A stretch of DNA of 64,000 bases, from contig JBGAON010000002.1 of the NCBI GenBank assembly GCA_044221725.1, forward strand, positions 288,001 to 352,000, in the 5' to 3' direction. Below, piece after piece: positions 1 through 9,871 of the stretch; position 1 is the stretch's first letter, and every line of letters begins with the position of its first letter. The DNA is from Elusimicrobiota bacterium (GTDB lineage: Bacteria > Elusimicrobiota > Elusimicrobia > F11). The translations under genes and the position numbers were made by a program. The notes beneath the pieces were generated by a model that worked only from the letters and a program-made list of their open reading frames with translations, was not told where the DNA came from and ran no database searches.

Positions 1-141
1 TTTTTCTACCGATATGTCGGTGTGTTTGTCGAAAACGGAAAATGGAAAAAGCTCGTAACGCACCCGTTGCTCACGATCGGAATGTACGTTCTGCGGGGCT
101 GCGTGGGTGCTGTGTTTCTTTGGAAAAAAATTTCTGCATGA
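1..141 (+). CDS. C-terminal end of a truncated CDS, probably a family 2 glycosyltransferase
   Basis: Frame 1 is open from base 1 (FFYRYVGVFVENGKWKKLVTHPLLTIGMYVLRGCVGAVFLWKKISA*). Its TGA overlaps the ATG at 138 (ATGA). It resembles the amphipathic C-termini of GT2 proteins. Confidence 0.55.
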   Translation, partial: FFYRYVGVFVENGKWKKLVTHPLLTIGMYVLRGCVGAVFLWKKISA

Positions 142-2240
142 CCTCGCTCTCCCTAACCGAAACAAAACGCGTGCGTTGGGTTGCTGCGCTTCTGTTGATT
201 CTTCATCCGTTCGTCATACTGAGAATTTTTCCGTGGATTCCGTTCAATTGTCCGGGCCCCGATGATTTGATGGCGCTCGGAGCGCCCCTTAACTTCGATC
301 ATCTCAAGTACATCATCGAGTCCGACCGTCGGCTCGATCGTTTGCCCTCGCTTTTGCCCACCTATCTTTTTTACAAGTTGTTGGATCCGATGATCGCGCA
401 CCACGTTCAGTATTTCTTTTATTTCTACGCGACGCTTATCGTGTTTTATCTCGTGATCAATCGCCTCGTGTCCGCCGAAGGAAGTTTGCTCGCCACGATT
501 TTCTTCGGTGTCAATTTGTGGTCGCTCGGATCGTATGGAAGTTTTTGGATTACGCGGCAAATTATTCTTTATCTGTTGTTGGGTATTTTGTGCGTTCTCA
601 AGGGCCTGCAGTCCGAAAAGAAATTGTGGCCGTACCTGGGCAGCGGGTTCTTCTTTTCTTCGACGTTTTTCTCGCATTTCGCGACGCTGCCGTTCCTCTA
701 TCCGATTCCGCTTTTGTTTCTCGTAGGGACGCTGATACGAAAAGAGCTCACCGTAAAATCTTTTTTCAAATTCGTCGGTAGCTTCTTGATGGGCGTGGCC
801 CTGTGCTTTTTGTTTTACGGAGCGATCAACCACATCTTCTTCCATCGGCCATTTCTGTTTTATCTTGCGCAACTGACGATGAGCCAATCGGACTACAGCA
901 ACTATCTGCGCACGTTCGGCGTCGTGTACGGCACACCGTCCAACAATCTCATCGGTTTTGCGTTGGCCGTTTCGCTGTTTGCTCTCGCGAGGTGGAGAAG
1001 CATCGAGCCGCAAAAGAAAACGATCTCCGTGTGGTTTGTGGTTTCGTTCGCTCTGTACGCCATTTTCTATTACATCGATACCTTTTTTCCGAAGAGTCCC
1101 ATTTTCTCATTCGTGTTATGGCTTTATTATTACTGTCGCTGGATTATTCCGATCTGCGCGGTCGCAATTCTTGCCGGACTCATTCCAACCAATCTCAACT
1201 GGAAATGGCCCCATTTTCTGATGTTTTATGTGGGGGCTGTTCTCAGCATTTCGCCGTTCGTGCTCAAACACCTGGGGCGTGCGAAAATTTTTGCGCTAAT
1301 TCCTGCGGAAACAACGCCGTTGATGCTGGTGGGGATCTTCATCGCGTTGATTGGCTCCTTCTTATTTACGAAGTGGAACCGTTCGGTCGCGCTTGTTCTC
1401 GGTTTGTTTCTCGGTACGCTGGGGTTTGTTTCGTCGTCGGAGGTTTCGATGAACGGTTTTGTGGACGCCGGATACTATCGCCGTTTCTATGAAGCCAACC
1501 GATTTTTGCAGCAGCAAAACGCACGCCGCCCGATCGTTACGTGGCTTGGCGTGAACCGCCACGAATACGGCATCTGGTACGAATACAAGTCCTTCTGCAA
1601 GATGTGGTTGCTGGAACCCAATTATGTGGACAATTTTCCGGTGTTTGGAACCGAATCGGACACCCGATTTGATCCCAATAAATTCAACCACGATACGGAC
1701 ATTGTGATCGTTGTGGATATGTCAGCAGACGAAGCGGTTCGTTTGGGCAGTGAGGCGCTAAAACCCTATGACCTCACGCTGGTCGAAAGCGCGCACAAAA
1801 AGTTTGGCGAGGGGGAACACTCTTATACGCTGATCTATTGCCGATTAAAGTCGCGGCTCAACTTTTACAAGCAGCGAATCGATGATCTCACGCGCGTGAA
1901 AAACGCGCTCGAACGGTATCACGCCGACCATCACGCCTATCCGAAAAGCCAAGGATGGGACGGGATGAACAGCGCGTGGGGGCTGAATTCAAAAGATTGG
2001 ATTCCAGCGCTCGTTCCACGGTACATCAAAGAATTGCCACGCGATCCCCGCGGTACGGACAACATTCGTCACCAATACTTGTACAAGTCGGACGGCAAAG
2101 ATTACAAGCTGATTGCGCATGAGCCCGAAGATTATTGGGACGTGAAACCGTTGTATCCGGAACATATTGAACTCGTCCGCGAGAAAATTCACGCGTACGG
2201 TTACGGGTTCTGGACCGACGGTGCGGCAGCGTGGTTGTAG
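138..2240 (+). CDS. Polytopic GT-C-like membrane glycosyltransferase with C-terminal GspG/pilin-head-like domain
   Basis: More than 10 hydrophobic segments, with an acidic 'GPDD' loop after TM1. The C-terminus RIDDLTRVKNALERYHADHHAYP...LVPRYIKELPRDP...YLYKSDGKDYKL is pseudopilin-like. Start moved from 42 to ATG 138, which is coupled to the upstream stop. Confidence 0.6.
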   Translation: MTSLSLTETKRVRWVAALLLILHPFVILRIFPWIPFNCPGPDDLMALGAPLNFDHLKYIIESDRRLDRLPSLLPTYLFYKLLDPMIAHHVQYFFYFYATLIVFYLVINRLVSAEGSLLATIFFGVNLWSLGSYGSFWITRQIILYLLLGILCVLKGLQSEKKLWPYLGSGFFFSSTFFSHFATLPFLYPIPLLFLVGTLIRKELTVKSFFKFVGSFLMGVALCFLFYGAINHIFFHRPFLFYLAQLTMSQSDYSNYLRTFGVVYGTPSNNLIGFALAVSLFALARWRSIEPQKKTISVWFVVSFALYAIFYYIDTFFPKSPIFSFVLWLYYYCRWIIPICAVAILAGLIPTNLNWKWPHFLMFYVGAVLSISPFVLKHLGRAKIFALIPAETTPLMLVGIFIALIGSFLFTKWNRSVALVLGLFLGTLGFVSSSEVSMNGFVDAGYYRRFYEANRFLQQQNARRPIVTWLGVNRHEYGIWYEYKSFCKMWLLEPNYVDNFPVFGTESDTRFDPNKFNHDTDIVIVVDMSADEAVRLGSEALKPYDLTLVESAHKKFGEGEHSYTLIYCRLKSRLNFYKQRIDDLTRVKNALERYHADHHAYPKSQGWDGMNSAWGLNSKDWIPALVPRYIKELPRDPRGTDNIRHQYLYKSDGKDYKLIAHEPEDYWDVKPLYPEHIELVREKIHAYGYGFWTDGAAAWL

Positions 2241-2252
2241 ATGGATTTCCGT

Positions 2253-2281
2253 TTGTGTCCCTACCGTGAATTCTGTACCAT
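2253..2281 (+). promoter_or_regulatory. Putative sigma70-type promoter TTGTGT-N17-TACCAT
   Basis: Lies in the 59-nt gap before 2300. Same architecture as the candidate upstream of kdsD. Confidence 0.35.
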
Positions 2282-2299
2282 CCGCTCCCTCAACTAACC

Positions 2300-3394
2300 A
2301 TGTCCAATACCCATTTTGATACCGTAAAAACGACCGACCGCAATATTGTCGCCGAAGATATTGAGAACATTTGCCGTCGTGTCGGCTCGGCGCTTTCGCA
2401 GTTCGAAGGCAAGACGGTGCTCATTGCGGGCGGAAGCGGTTTTCTTCCAAGTTATATCGTTGATACGCTGGCCCACGCCAACGAGGCGATCTTTTCGACA
2501 CCGTGCAAAATTATCTCGATGGACAATCACGCGACCGGATTGCCCGACCGCTTTTCGTATTTGAAAGAGAAATCCTATTTCCAATTTGAGAAACACGATG
2601 TTTCAAAGCCGTTGAGCATCGATGGTCCGGTTGATTACATTGTGCACGCGGCCAGCATTGCATCGCCGCCGGTCTACCGCAAATTCCCGCTTCAAACCGT
2701 GCACGTGAACGTGAAGGGAACCGAAAACCTTTTGGAGATGGCCGTCGCGAAAAAAACCACGAGCGTTCTTTATCTTAGTTCGAGCGAAATTTACGGCGAT
2801 CCGACACCGGAAAATATTCCCACGCCGGAGACGTACAAGGGCAATGTTTCCTGCACGGGCTTGCGCGCGTGCTACGACGAATCCAAACGATTGGCCGAAA
2901 CGCTGTGCATGATTTATTTCCGCGAGAAAAAAGTGCCCGTAAAAATCATTCGGCCGTTCAATGTGTACGGCCCCCATTTGCGATTGGACGACGGTCGGAT
3001 TATTCCGGACCTGGTGAGCCACGGTTTGCAAGGGAAAGCGATGACGTTGTTTAGCGACGGGCGCGCCACGCGGAGCTTCTGCTACATTGCGGATTTTATT
3101 ACGGCCATGTTGTTACTTCTTTTGTCGAATCACGACGGCGAAGCATTTAACGTTGGAAACGATGAAGAGGTGTCCATCAGCAACGTCGCCAAGGAAGCCC
3201 AGGCCATTTTTGGAAACACGTTGCCGATTAAGTTTGTCACGAGCGAAGACGTGCATTATTTGTCCGATAATCCGCAGCGTCGTTGTCCCGATTTAACGAA
3301 AACCAAAAAATCGATTTCCTGGAAACCCGAAATCAAATTGCGCGAAGGTTTAACCCGAACCGTAAATTGGTATCGCGATAACCACGCATCATGA
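2300..3394 (+). CDS. UDP-glucuronate decarboxylase (UXS)-like NAD-dependent epimerase/dehydratase
   Basis: GGSGFLP Rossmann motif, ASIASPPVY, SSSEIYGDP, CYDESKR, IRPFNVYGP and DNPQRRCPD. Adjacent to ugd. Confidence 0.8.
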   Translation: MSNTHFDTVKTTDRNIVAEDIENICRRVGSALSQFEGKTVLIAGGSGFLPSYIVDTLAHANEAIFSTPCKIISMDNHATGLPDRFSYLKEKSYFQFEKHDVSKPLSIDGPVDYIVHAASIASPPVYRKFPLQTVHVNVKGTENLLEMAVAKKTTSVLYLSSSEIYGDPTPENIPTPETYKGNVSCTGLRACYDESKRLAETLCMIYFREKKVPVKIIRPFNVYGPHLRLDDGRIIPDLVSHGLQGKAMTLFSDGRATRSFCYIADFITAMLLLLLSNHDGEAFNVGNDEEVSISNVAKEAQAIFGNTLPIKFVTSEDVHYLSDNPQRRCPDLTKTKKSISWKPEIKLREGLTRTVNWYRDNHAS

Positions 3395-4767
3395 AAATTT
3401 CCGTTATTGGTTGCGGATACGTTGGTCTGATCACGGGCGTGGGCATGGCGCTCAAAGGTCACGATGTGACCGCAATCGATGTTTCTGCGAGCCGCATCGA
3501 TTCCATCAAGAAAAAAATCCCACCGTTTCACGAACCCGGTTTAAAGGCAGCGCTCGAGAAGGTTCTCAAATTAAAAAAACTTCAAGCGACGACCGACAAC
3601 AGCGGCGTTGGCGAGGCGGATGTAATTTTGATTGCGGTTGGTACGCCGTCGGCCGCCGATGGCTCGATTGACCTTTCGCTTGTTCGTCAGGTTGTTGCGG
3701 AGCTCACGCCGAGTTTGAAAGCATCCAAAAAGCGGCAAGTTCTTGTGATCCGCAGCACCGTCGTTCCTGGAACGTTGGATTCCGTTGTCGCGCCGCTTGT
3801 CGCTCAAATAAATGCTTCGCGATCGCAGCCCTTGGGCACCGCTGTAAACCCCGAATTTTTGCGCGAAGGGCGCGCTCTCGACGATTTCTTAAGTCCGGAC
3901 CGCGTGGTCATTGGATCGACGGACGCGAAGGCCGCGGCCACGGTGGCCAAGCTTTATGATTCGTTCGATGTGCCCGTAATCAAAACGTCGCCCACCGCTG
4001 CCGAAATGATCAAGTACACATCGAACACGCTGCTCGCGGTGTTGATCTCTTTTTCAAACGAAATTGCGCGTATTTGCGAAAGTTTGCCGAACGTCGACGC
4101 GGATGAAGTTTTTCGCGCGCTGCATTTGGATCGGCGTTTGACCGCAAAGGTGAAAGGGAAACAAGTTCCGGTGGGAATCACCTCGTACTTGCGCGCGGGT
4201 TGCGGATACGGCGGGAGCTGTTTGCCCAAAGACCTGCGAGCGATTCTTGCTTTTGCTCGAAGCAAAAAGATTGATGTGAAACTTTTGGAATCCGCGAACA
4301 ATGTAAACACCACACAGCCGGCCCACTTTGTGGACTTGGCGGAACGTTGGGCTGGCCCGCTCAAAGGACGAAAGGTGGCCGTTCTCGGGCTTAGTTTTAA
4401 AGAAGGAACCGATGACTTCCGGGAGTCACCGGGCCTTGCGATTGCGCAGAATCTATTGGAACGCGGCGCGTCGCTCATTGTGTCCGATCCGTTGGTTCCG
4501 TGGCGCCAAATCCAACCGCGCCTTCAAGCGGCGCAGTTCACAGAAAATCCGGTGGCCGCGTTCAAAGAAGCCGAGGTGTGTTTGATCACAACATCGGCGC
4601 CCGAGTTTCGTTTTGTAGAAAAAATGCTGGCGACTCCCTCGAAAAAGCTCCCGGTGGTGGTGGACGGACGACGCATGTTTGGTAGCAGCGTCGCTTCGAA
4701 CAACAAGCCGTACGTGGGCATCGGAATGGGACTTTCGCCGTTAACATGGCCGGTGAATCTTTCATGA
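3391..4767 (+). CDS. ugd: UDP-glucose/GDP-mannose dehydrogenase family protein
   Basis: IGCGYVGL, IAVGTPS, RSTVVPG, NPEFLREG, GYGGSCLPKD (catalytic Cys) and GLSFKEGTDDFRESP. Confidence 0.9.
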   Translation: MKISVIGCGYVGLITGVGMALKGHDVTAIDVSASRIDSIKKKIPPFHEPGLKAALEKVLKLKKLQATTDNSGVGEADVILIAVGTPSAADGSIDLSLVRQVVAELTPSLKASKKRQVLVIRSTVVPGTLDSVVAPLVAQINASRSQPLGTAVNPEFLREGRALDDFLSPDRVVIGSTDAKAAATVAKLYDSFDVPVIKTSPTAAEMIKYTSNTLLAVLISFSNEIARICESLPNVDADEVFRALHLDRRLTAKVKGKQVPVGITSYLRAGCGYGGSCLPKDLRAILAFARSKKIDVKLLESANNVNTTQPAHFVDLAERWAGPLKGRKVAVLGLSFKEGTDDFRESPGLAIAQNLLERGASLIVSDPLVPWRQIQPRLQAAQFTENPVAAFKEAEVCLITTSAPEFRFVEKMLATPSKKLPVVVDGRRMFGSSVASNNKPYVGIGMGLSPLTWPVNLS

Positions 4768-6995
4768 AAGCTTTAATTGTTGGTGCCTCAGGACTTTGCG
4801 GACAATCGTTGTGGCGTTCGCTCGAAGAAAATGGATTTGAAGTTGCCGGAACGTATTTCTCGCGGCCGCTGGCCGGTTGCCAACCTCTGAACGTTACAAA
4901 GGCCGCTGACGTTGAGCGCGTCGTCAGCAGCGTCAAGCCCAACGTAATTTTCATTGTGACGAATTCAAAGGGCGGTGTTGATTACAACGAATCGCATCCG
5001 GAAGAAACAAAAACGCTTTTCGTTGATGGAACGAAGAATATCGTCAAGGCGGCCAAAAAGAACAATGGCATCGTCGTTGCGTATTCAACCGATTATCTTT
5101 TTGATGGCAAGAATGGGCCGTACAGCGAAGATGCCGCGCCGACGCCGATCAGCGTTTACGGCAAATCAAAACTTGAAGCCGAAAACATTGTGAAGGCCGG
5201 CGACAAACGAAATCTAATAGTTCGTACGTCGGCCGTGTACGGGTGGGATCGCATGTCCTCCAATATGGCCATGAGCGTGTTCGAGAATTTGCAAGCGGGG
5301 AAATCGCTGCAGATTCCGGGCGATCAGTGGTGCAACCCGACACAAGTTGATTTTCTTTCCGAAACGGTGATTCGCTTGGTTCAGGCGGGCGCGTCGGGCG
5401 TTTATAACGTCGTCGGCAGGGATCGCGTGACGAAAGCGGAACTTGCGAAATCGCTCGCGAAAACCATGTTGCTCGACCCGGGTATGATTGCGGCGGTTCC
5501 GACCGCCGAGCTTGGCAAGGCTGCCCCGCGGCCGCTCAATGGTGGACTGAAGTTCGAAAAACTTGCGGCGTTTGTTGGCACGGAGCCACAGAACCTTGGT
5601 GAATCTCTGAAGCGCTTCCAGCGGCACTGGCGTTCGGACACGCATATTCGCCACGCGGCCCCGGTCGGAATGTTCAGCGAGGCGCAGCAACTGAAACAAG
5701 AAATTTTGGACAAGGTCTCGCGCTATTACGAGCTTGTCCACAAACCGAAAGCGTTCGTTCCGCAAAAAAGCCGTGTGCAGTACGCGGGACGCGTGTTTGG
5801 TCCCGAAGAAATGGTGAATCTTGTGGATAGCTCGTTGGATTTTTGGCTCACGTTTGGATCGTGGGGCGATATGTTCGAGCGAAAAATGAAAAAGTTCTTG
5901 GGATGCAAAGACTTTGTGACGGTGAATTCGGGATCGACCGCGAATTTGACCGCGATTATGTCGCTTCAATCGGAGCAAGTGGAAGGTCATCTGAAACCAG
6001 GCGACGAAGTGATCACGCCGGCCGTGACATTTCCAACGACACTCGCCCCCATCGTCCATGGGGGAATGATTCCGGTGTTTGTGGATTGCGAAGTGGGCAC
6101 CTACAACATCAATGCGCATTTGATTGAGGACGCCATTTCGCCGAAAACGCGCGCGATGATGATTCCTCACACACTCGGTAACCCCATCGACTTGGACATT
6201 ATTTGCGACATTGCGAAGCGCCACAATCTTTTTCTCGTGGAAGATTCTTGCGACGCGCTCGGCGCCACGTTCAACGGACAGCTCGTCGGCACGTTCGGCG
6301 ATTTGGCGACGCTAAGCTTTTATCCGGCGCATCACATGACCATGGGCGAAGGCGGCGCCGTGATTGTGAACAAGGCGAAACTGTCGCGCGTGGTTCGCTC
6401 GGTCCGCGATTGGGGCCGCGATTGTTGGTGCGCGCCCGGCGAATCAAACACGTGCGGAAAACGGTTTGGTTGGTCCCTCGGTGATCTGCCGAAAGGTTAC
6501 GATCACAAATATGTTTACTCGAACATCGGATACAATTTTAAAACGACCGATATGCAGGCCGCCATCGGCGTTGCCCAAGCGGACCGGGTTGAAGGATTCA
6601 TTGAAGCCCGTCGCCGCAATTTCAATTTGCTTTACAAGGGGCTCGAACAGTATCAGGACTATTTGATTCTTCCGACCAAGGATCCGCGCGCGAATCCATC
6701 TTGGTTCGGCTTACCGCTCACCGTGAAAAACGGGTTGTCCGCGGCAAGTCTCGCGCAGTGGCTTGAGTCGGGAAATATTGAAACGCGGCAAGTGTTCAGC
6801 GGAAATATTCTTAAACAGCCCGGTTACCAGTCGATTAAGGCGCGCATCTCGGGCTCGCTTGAGCAAACGGATCGCATCATGGCCGACACGTTCTTTATCG
6901 GCGTTTATCCGGGCATCAACGACGAAATGATTGATTATGTCCTCAAACGTTTTGCGGATTTCTTCGCGAAGGTAAAACTTTCGTCGCATGCCTAG
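4764..6995 (+). CDS. rfbH: Fusion of an RmlD-like NDP-4-keto-sugar reductase and CDP-4-keto-6-deoxyglucose-3-dehydratase (E1)
   Basis: N-part has GASGLCG, STDYLFDG and YGKSK. C-part has NSGSTANL, SFYPAHHMTMGEGG (His in place of the usual Lys), DWGRDCWCAPGESNTCGKRF and YDHKY. Start at ATG 4764 overlaps the ugd stop. Confidence 0.88.
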   Translation: MKALIVGASGLCGQSLWRSLEENGFEVAGTYFSRPLAGCQPLNVTKAADVERVVSSVKPNVIFIVTNSKGGVDYNESHPEETKTLFVDGTKNIVKAAKKNNGIVVAYSTDYLFDGKNGPYSEDAAPTPISVYGKSKLEAENIVKAGDKRNLIVRTSAVYGWDRMSSNMAMSVFENLQAGKSLQIPGDQWCNPTQVDFLSETVIRLVQAGASGVYNVVGRDRVTKAELAKSLAKTMLLDPGMIAAVPTAELGKAAPRPLNGGLKFEKLAAFVGTEPQNLGESLKRFQRHWRSDTHIRHAAPVGMFSEAQQLKQEILDKVSRYYELVHKPKAFVPQKSRVQYAGRVFGPEEMVNLVDSSLDFWLTFGSWGDMFERKMKKFLGCKDFVTVNSGSTANLTAIMSLQSEQVEGHLKPGDEVITPAVTFPTTLAPIVHGGMIPVFVDCEVGTYNINAHLIEDAISPKTRAMMIPHTLGNPIDLDIICDIAKRHNLFLVEDSCDALGATFNGQLVGTFGDLATLSFYPAHHMTMGEGGAVIVNKAKLSRVVRSVRDWGRDCWCAPGESNTCGKRFGWSLGDLPKGYDHKYVYSNIGYNFKTTDMQAAIGVAQADRVEGFIEARRRNFNLLYKGLEQYQDYLILPTKDPRANPSWFGLPLTVKNGLSAASLAQWLESGNIETRQVFSGNILKQPGYQSIKARISGSLEQTDRIMADTFFIGVYPGINDEMIDYVLKRFADFFAKVKLSSHA

Positions 6996-9087
6996 TCTTG
7001 TCGCGAAGGAATCGTTGATGACGCGCTCTGTCCACGCGCGCAAGCGATTATCCTCCTCGGATCATTATTGGTTGTTCGCCGGCCTTGTGTTTGCGGCGGT
7101 GTTTCTTATTTACACGCCGTTTATTCTTCACGGTCCATTTATTCTCGATGACTTTCATTTCATTCGCCACTATTCGGCGAAGGAGCTCGCGACCGTTTGG
7201 TTTGGCAATTGGGATTTAACCGGGCGCGAGAGCGATGGTTACCGTCCACTCGCCATTTGGACGTTCCACGTGTTGCACGCCATCCTTGGATTCCGCGACG
7301 TTCCGTTTATGTTTGTGGTTTCGGTTTTGAACGCGGTGTTCGGCCTGTTCACTTACCGACTGGCGCGGCATATTCTCAAAACTCCGTACGCGGTGGCCGT
7401 GGGGATTCTTGCACCCATTTGGCCGCAAACGCTGTTCCATTTCACGTGGGCCACCGAAATTCCGGCCAAGATGTCGTTCCTTGGAATGTTGCTCGGTTGC
7501 GATTATTTGATTCGTTGGCTGAAGACCAACGAAGGGAAATTCCTGCGTAACGCGCTGATCTCCGGCGTCGTCGCTTCTTTCTGCAAAGAGACCGGTTACG
7601 GATTTCTTATGTTGATTCCGCTTGTGGTGTTCATTGAAACGGCGGTTCAGCAGAAGCTGCGCGTGTTCGCAAAACTTGTCCGGTCGCCGCTGTTTTGGGT
7701 CAGTGCGGCGCTGCCGGTTGTTTTCGTGACGCTGCGGCATTTTGCGCTTCTGCATGGGGCAAGCCCGGAATACTATCAGCGCCACGCGGCGACAGCGAAC
7801 GAATTCTTTAAAGGCTTGAAGTTCGTGCAGATGTTGTTTTTCCGACCCTTCTACGAGTCGTACATGGAAGTGTCGATGAACGCGAACAACGTGGGCGGTT
7901 TTTTCCTGGTTGCCACGATATTCACGCTCGCTTCCTTAATAATTTCCGAACGTCAAAAGCGCCCTTGGGGAACCGTTGTTGCGCGGACCGAGATCTGCCT
8001 GTTAATTCTTTCACGGATCCTAACGAATTACAGCTCCGATGCGTGGTTGCCGAAGTTTACGCTGTTGGTTGATGGTCTCATGTCGAAAGGTTTTTACGTG
8101 CTGCTGATCGTGATGGTAGCCGAACAGTGGAAGCGAGATCCGGCCGTGGTTGTGATTGCGCTTCTCGAAGCGTTTAGCCTTATTCCGTTAACCTTTATGA
8201 TTTTGAATCGGTTGATGCCGGTTCCTCACACGCTTGCCCTTATTCTCGTGGTTGCGTTTGCGCAATTCTTGCTCGAGCCGCTGCAATTTGAGAAATATTC
8301 ATTTCGCATGTTCGCGTTGTGTGCGTTGCTCGGAACGTGGGTTGTCGTGTTCGCGTTCCGCGCGCTCTTCTATATCGGTATTGAAAACAATCGCCACGCG
8401 CCCGTGAACACACGCAATTTTAAAATCGTCGGTACCAGCGACGAATGGGTTGCTTTGAACAAAAAATTTCATTTGGAAGAACAACAGGCTTACGCGAATG
8501 AAAATTACGCGAAATACAGTCTTGATGCGGAGAATTTTTCAAAAGCAGGTTATGTGTCGGTTCTGTCCAACGGATCGTTTGAAAATGGTTTGACCGGCTG
8601 GCAAGGCCCCGACGATTGTTCGGCTGGCGCCGCTGGAGCCGCCGTGTTTGATGCGGGCCTTGTGCCAAACGCCTTGGATGGGAAAACGGCGCTCCGTTTA
8701 ACGAGCGAGAATCATATTCTTTGCTATGCAACGTCTTCTGATAAATTGAAGATGAACGGTATCTACGCGTTCAGCTTTGACGCGAAGAATGTGGAGGGCG
8801 ATTCGCAACCCGAGGTTGCGCTCGACGGAAGCAGTTACGGTCCGATTTATTCAACCACGCAGCCTCTCGATAATGGATGGGTGAAACATTTCTATTTCAT
8901 TAGCGGTCGCGGTGTGCCTTTGACGTTCCATCTGTACGCATCGCCAAAAGGAAAGAAAACCACGAACCTGTACGCGAATTTTCAATTGATCACCTCAAAC
9001 AAGCAAGAGTCGTTCTGGACGATTCGTTCGTTGACGCCCGCGCCGGATTGGACACAATTTCGCGTGTTGCGCACGGAGCGGAGCTAA
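6988..9087 (+). CDS. Polytopic GT-C-like membrane protein with C-terminal CBM4/9-like beta-sandwich
   Basis: FILDDF and YRPL motifs after TM1 (PMT/TMTC-like loop), many TMs, then LSNGSFENGLTGW...FSFDAK...NGW. Confidence 0.6.
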   Translation: MPSLVAKESLMTRSVHARKRLSSSDHYWLFAGLVFAAVFLIYTPFILHGPFILDDFHFIRHYSAKELATVWFGNWDLTGRESDGYRPLAIWTFHVLHAILGFRDVPFMFVVSVLNAVFGLFTYRLARHILKTPYAVAVGILAPIWPQTLFHFTWATEIPAKMSFLGMLLGCDYLIRWLKTNEGKFLRNALISGVVASFCKETGYGFLMLIPLVVFIETAVQQKLRVFAKLVRSPLFWVSAALPVVFVTLRHFALLHGASPEYYQRHAATANEFFKGLKFVQMLFFRPFYESYMEVSMNANNVGGFFLVATIFTLASLIISERQKRPWGTVVARTEICLLILSRILTNYSSDAWLPKFTLLVDGLMSKGFYVLLIVMVAEQWKRDPAVVVIALLEAFSLIPLTFMILNRLMPVPHTLALILVVAFAQFLLEPLQFEKYSFRMFALCALLGTWVVVFAFRALFYIGIENNRHAPVNTRNFKIVGTSDEWVALNKKFHLEEQQAYANENYAKYSLDAENFSKAGYVSVLSNGSFENGLTGWQGPDDCSAGAAGAAVFDAGLVPNALDGKTALRLTSENHILCYATSSDKLKMNGIYAFSFDAKNVEGDSQPEVALDGSSYGPIYSTTQPLDNGWVKHFYFISGRGVPLTFHLYASPKGKKTTNLYANFQLITSNKQESFWTIRSLTPAPDWTQFRVLRTERS

Positions 9088-9091
9088 CGCC

Positions 9092-9871
9092 ATGAAAAAA
9101 ATGAAAGTGGTGATCTTGGCCGGTGGGCGCGGCACGCGCATCAGCGAAGAATCCGATGCGAAACCAAAACCGATGATTGAGATCGGTGGGCGACCGATTC
9201 TTTGGCACATTCTCAAAATTTATTCGCACTACGGCTTTAATGACTTTGTGATTTGTCTTGGCTACCGCGGCTACATGATCAAAGAATATTTCGCGAATTA
9301 CTTTTTGCACATGAGCAACGTGACGTTCGATATGCGTCGGAATAAGATGTTCACGCATCAGAACAAAGCGGAGCCGTGGCGCGTGACGTTGATCGACACG
9401 GGGGCGGACACGTTAACCGGGGGCCGGGTGAAACGAATTGCGGACTATGTCGACGATACGTTTATGCTCACGTACGGCGATGGCGTTGCGGATGTGGACA
9501 TAGAAAGCCTTGTGAAATTCCACCGTGCGAACAAAAAGTTTGCGACGGTAACCTCGACGCAACCCCCGGGCCGTTTTGGCACGATCACGGTCAATTCGAA
9601 GAACGAAGTGATTTCATTCCAAGAGAAACCGGCCGGGGACGGCAAGTGGATCAACGGAGGATTCTTCGTGATGGAGCCCGATGTCTTTAAATACATCGAT
9701 GGCGACCAAACAATTTTGGAACGTGATCCGCTCGAACGGCTCGCGCGTGACGGACAGCTGGCCGCGTTTCGTCACAAAGGATTCTGGCAGCCCATGGACA
9801 CGCTTCGAGACAAAATGCACCTCGAAGATTTGTGGTCCACAAATCGCGCACCCTGGAAGACCTGGAAATGA
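9092..9871 (+). CDS. rfbF: Glucose-1-phosphate cytidylyltransferase
   Basis: VILAGGRGTRISEE, KPKPMIEIG, TYGDGVAD, INGGFFV and GFWQPMDTLRDK. Confidence 0.95.
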   Translation: MKKMKVVILAGGRGTRISEESDAKPKPMIEIGGRPILWHILKIYSHYGFNDFVICLGYRGYMIKEYFANYFLHMSNVTFDMRRNKMFTHQNKAEPWRVTLIDTGADTLTGGRVKRIADYVDDTFMLTYGDGVADVDIESLVKFHRANKKFATVTSTQPPGRFGTITVNSKNEVISFQEKPAGDGKWINGGFFVMEPDVFKYIDGDQTILERDPLERLARDGQLAAFRHKGFWQPMDTLRDKMHLEDLWSTNRAPWKTWK

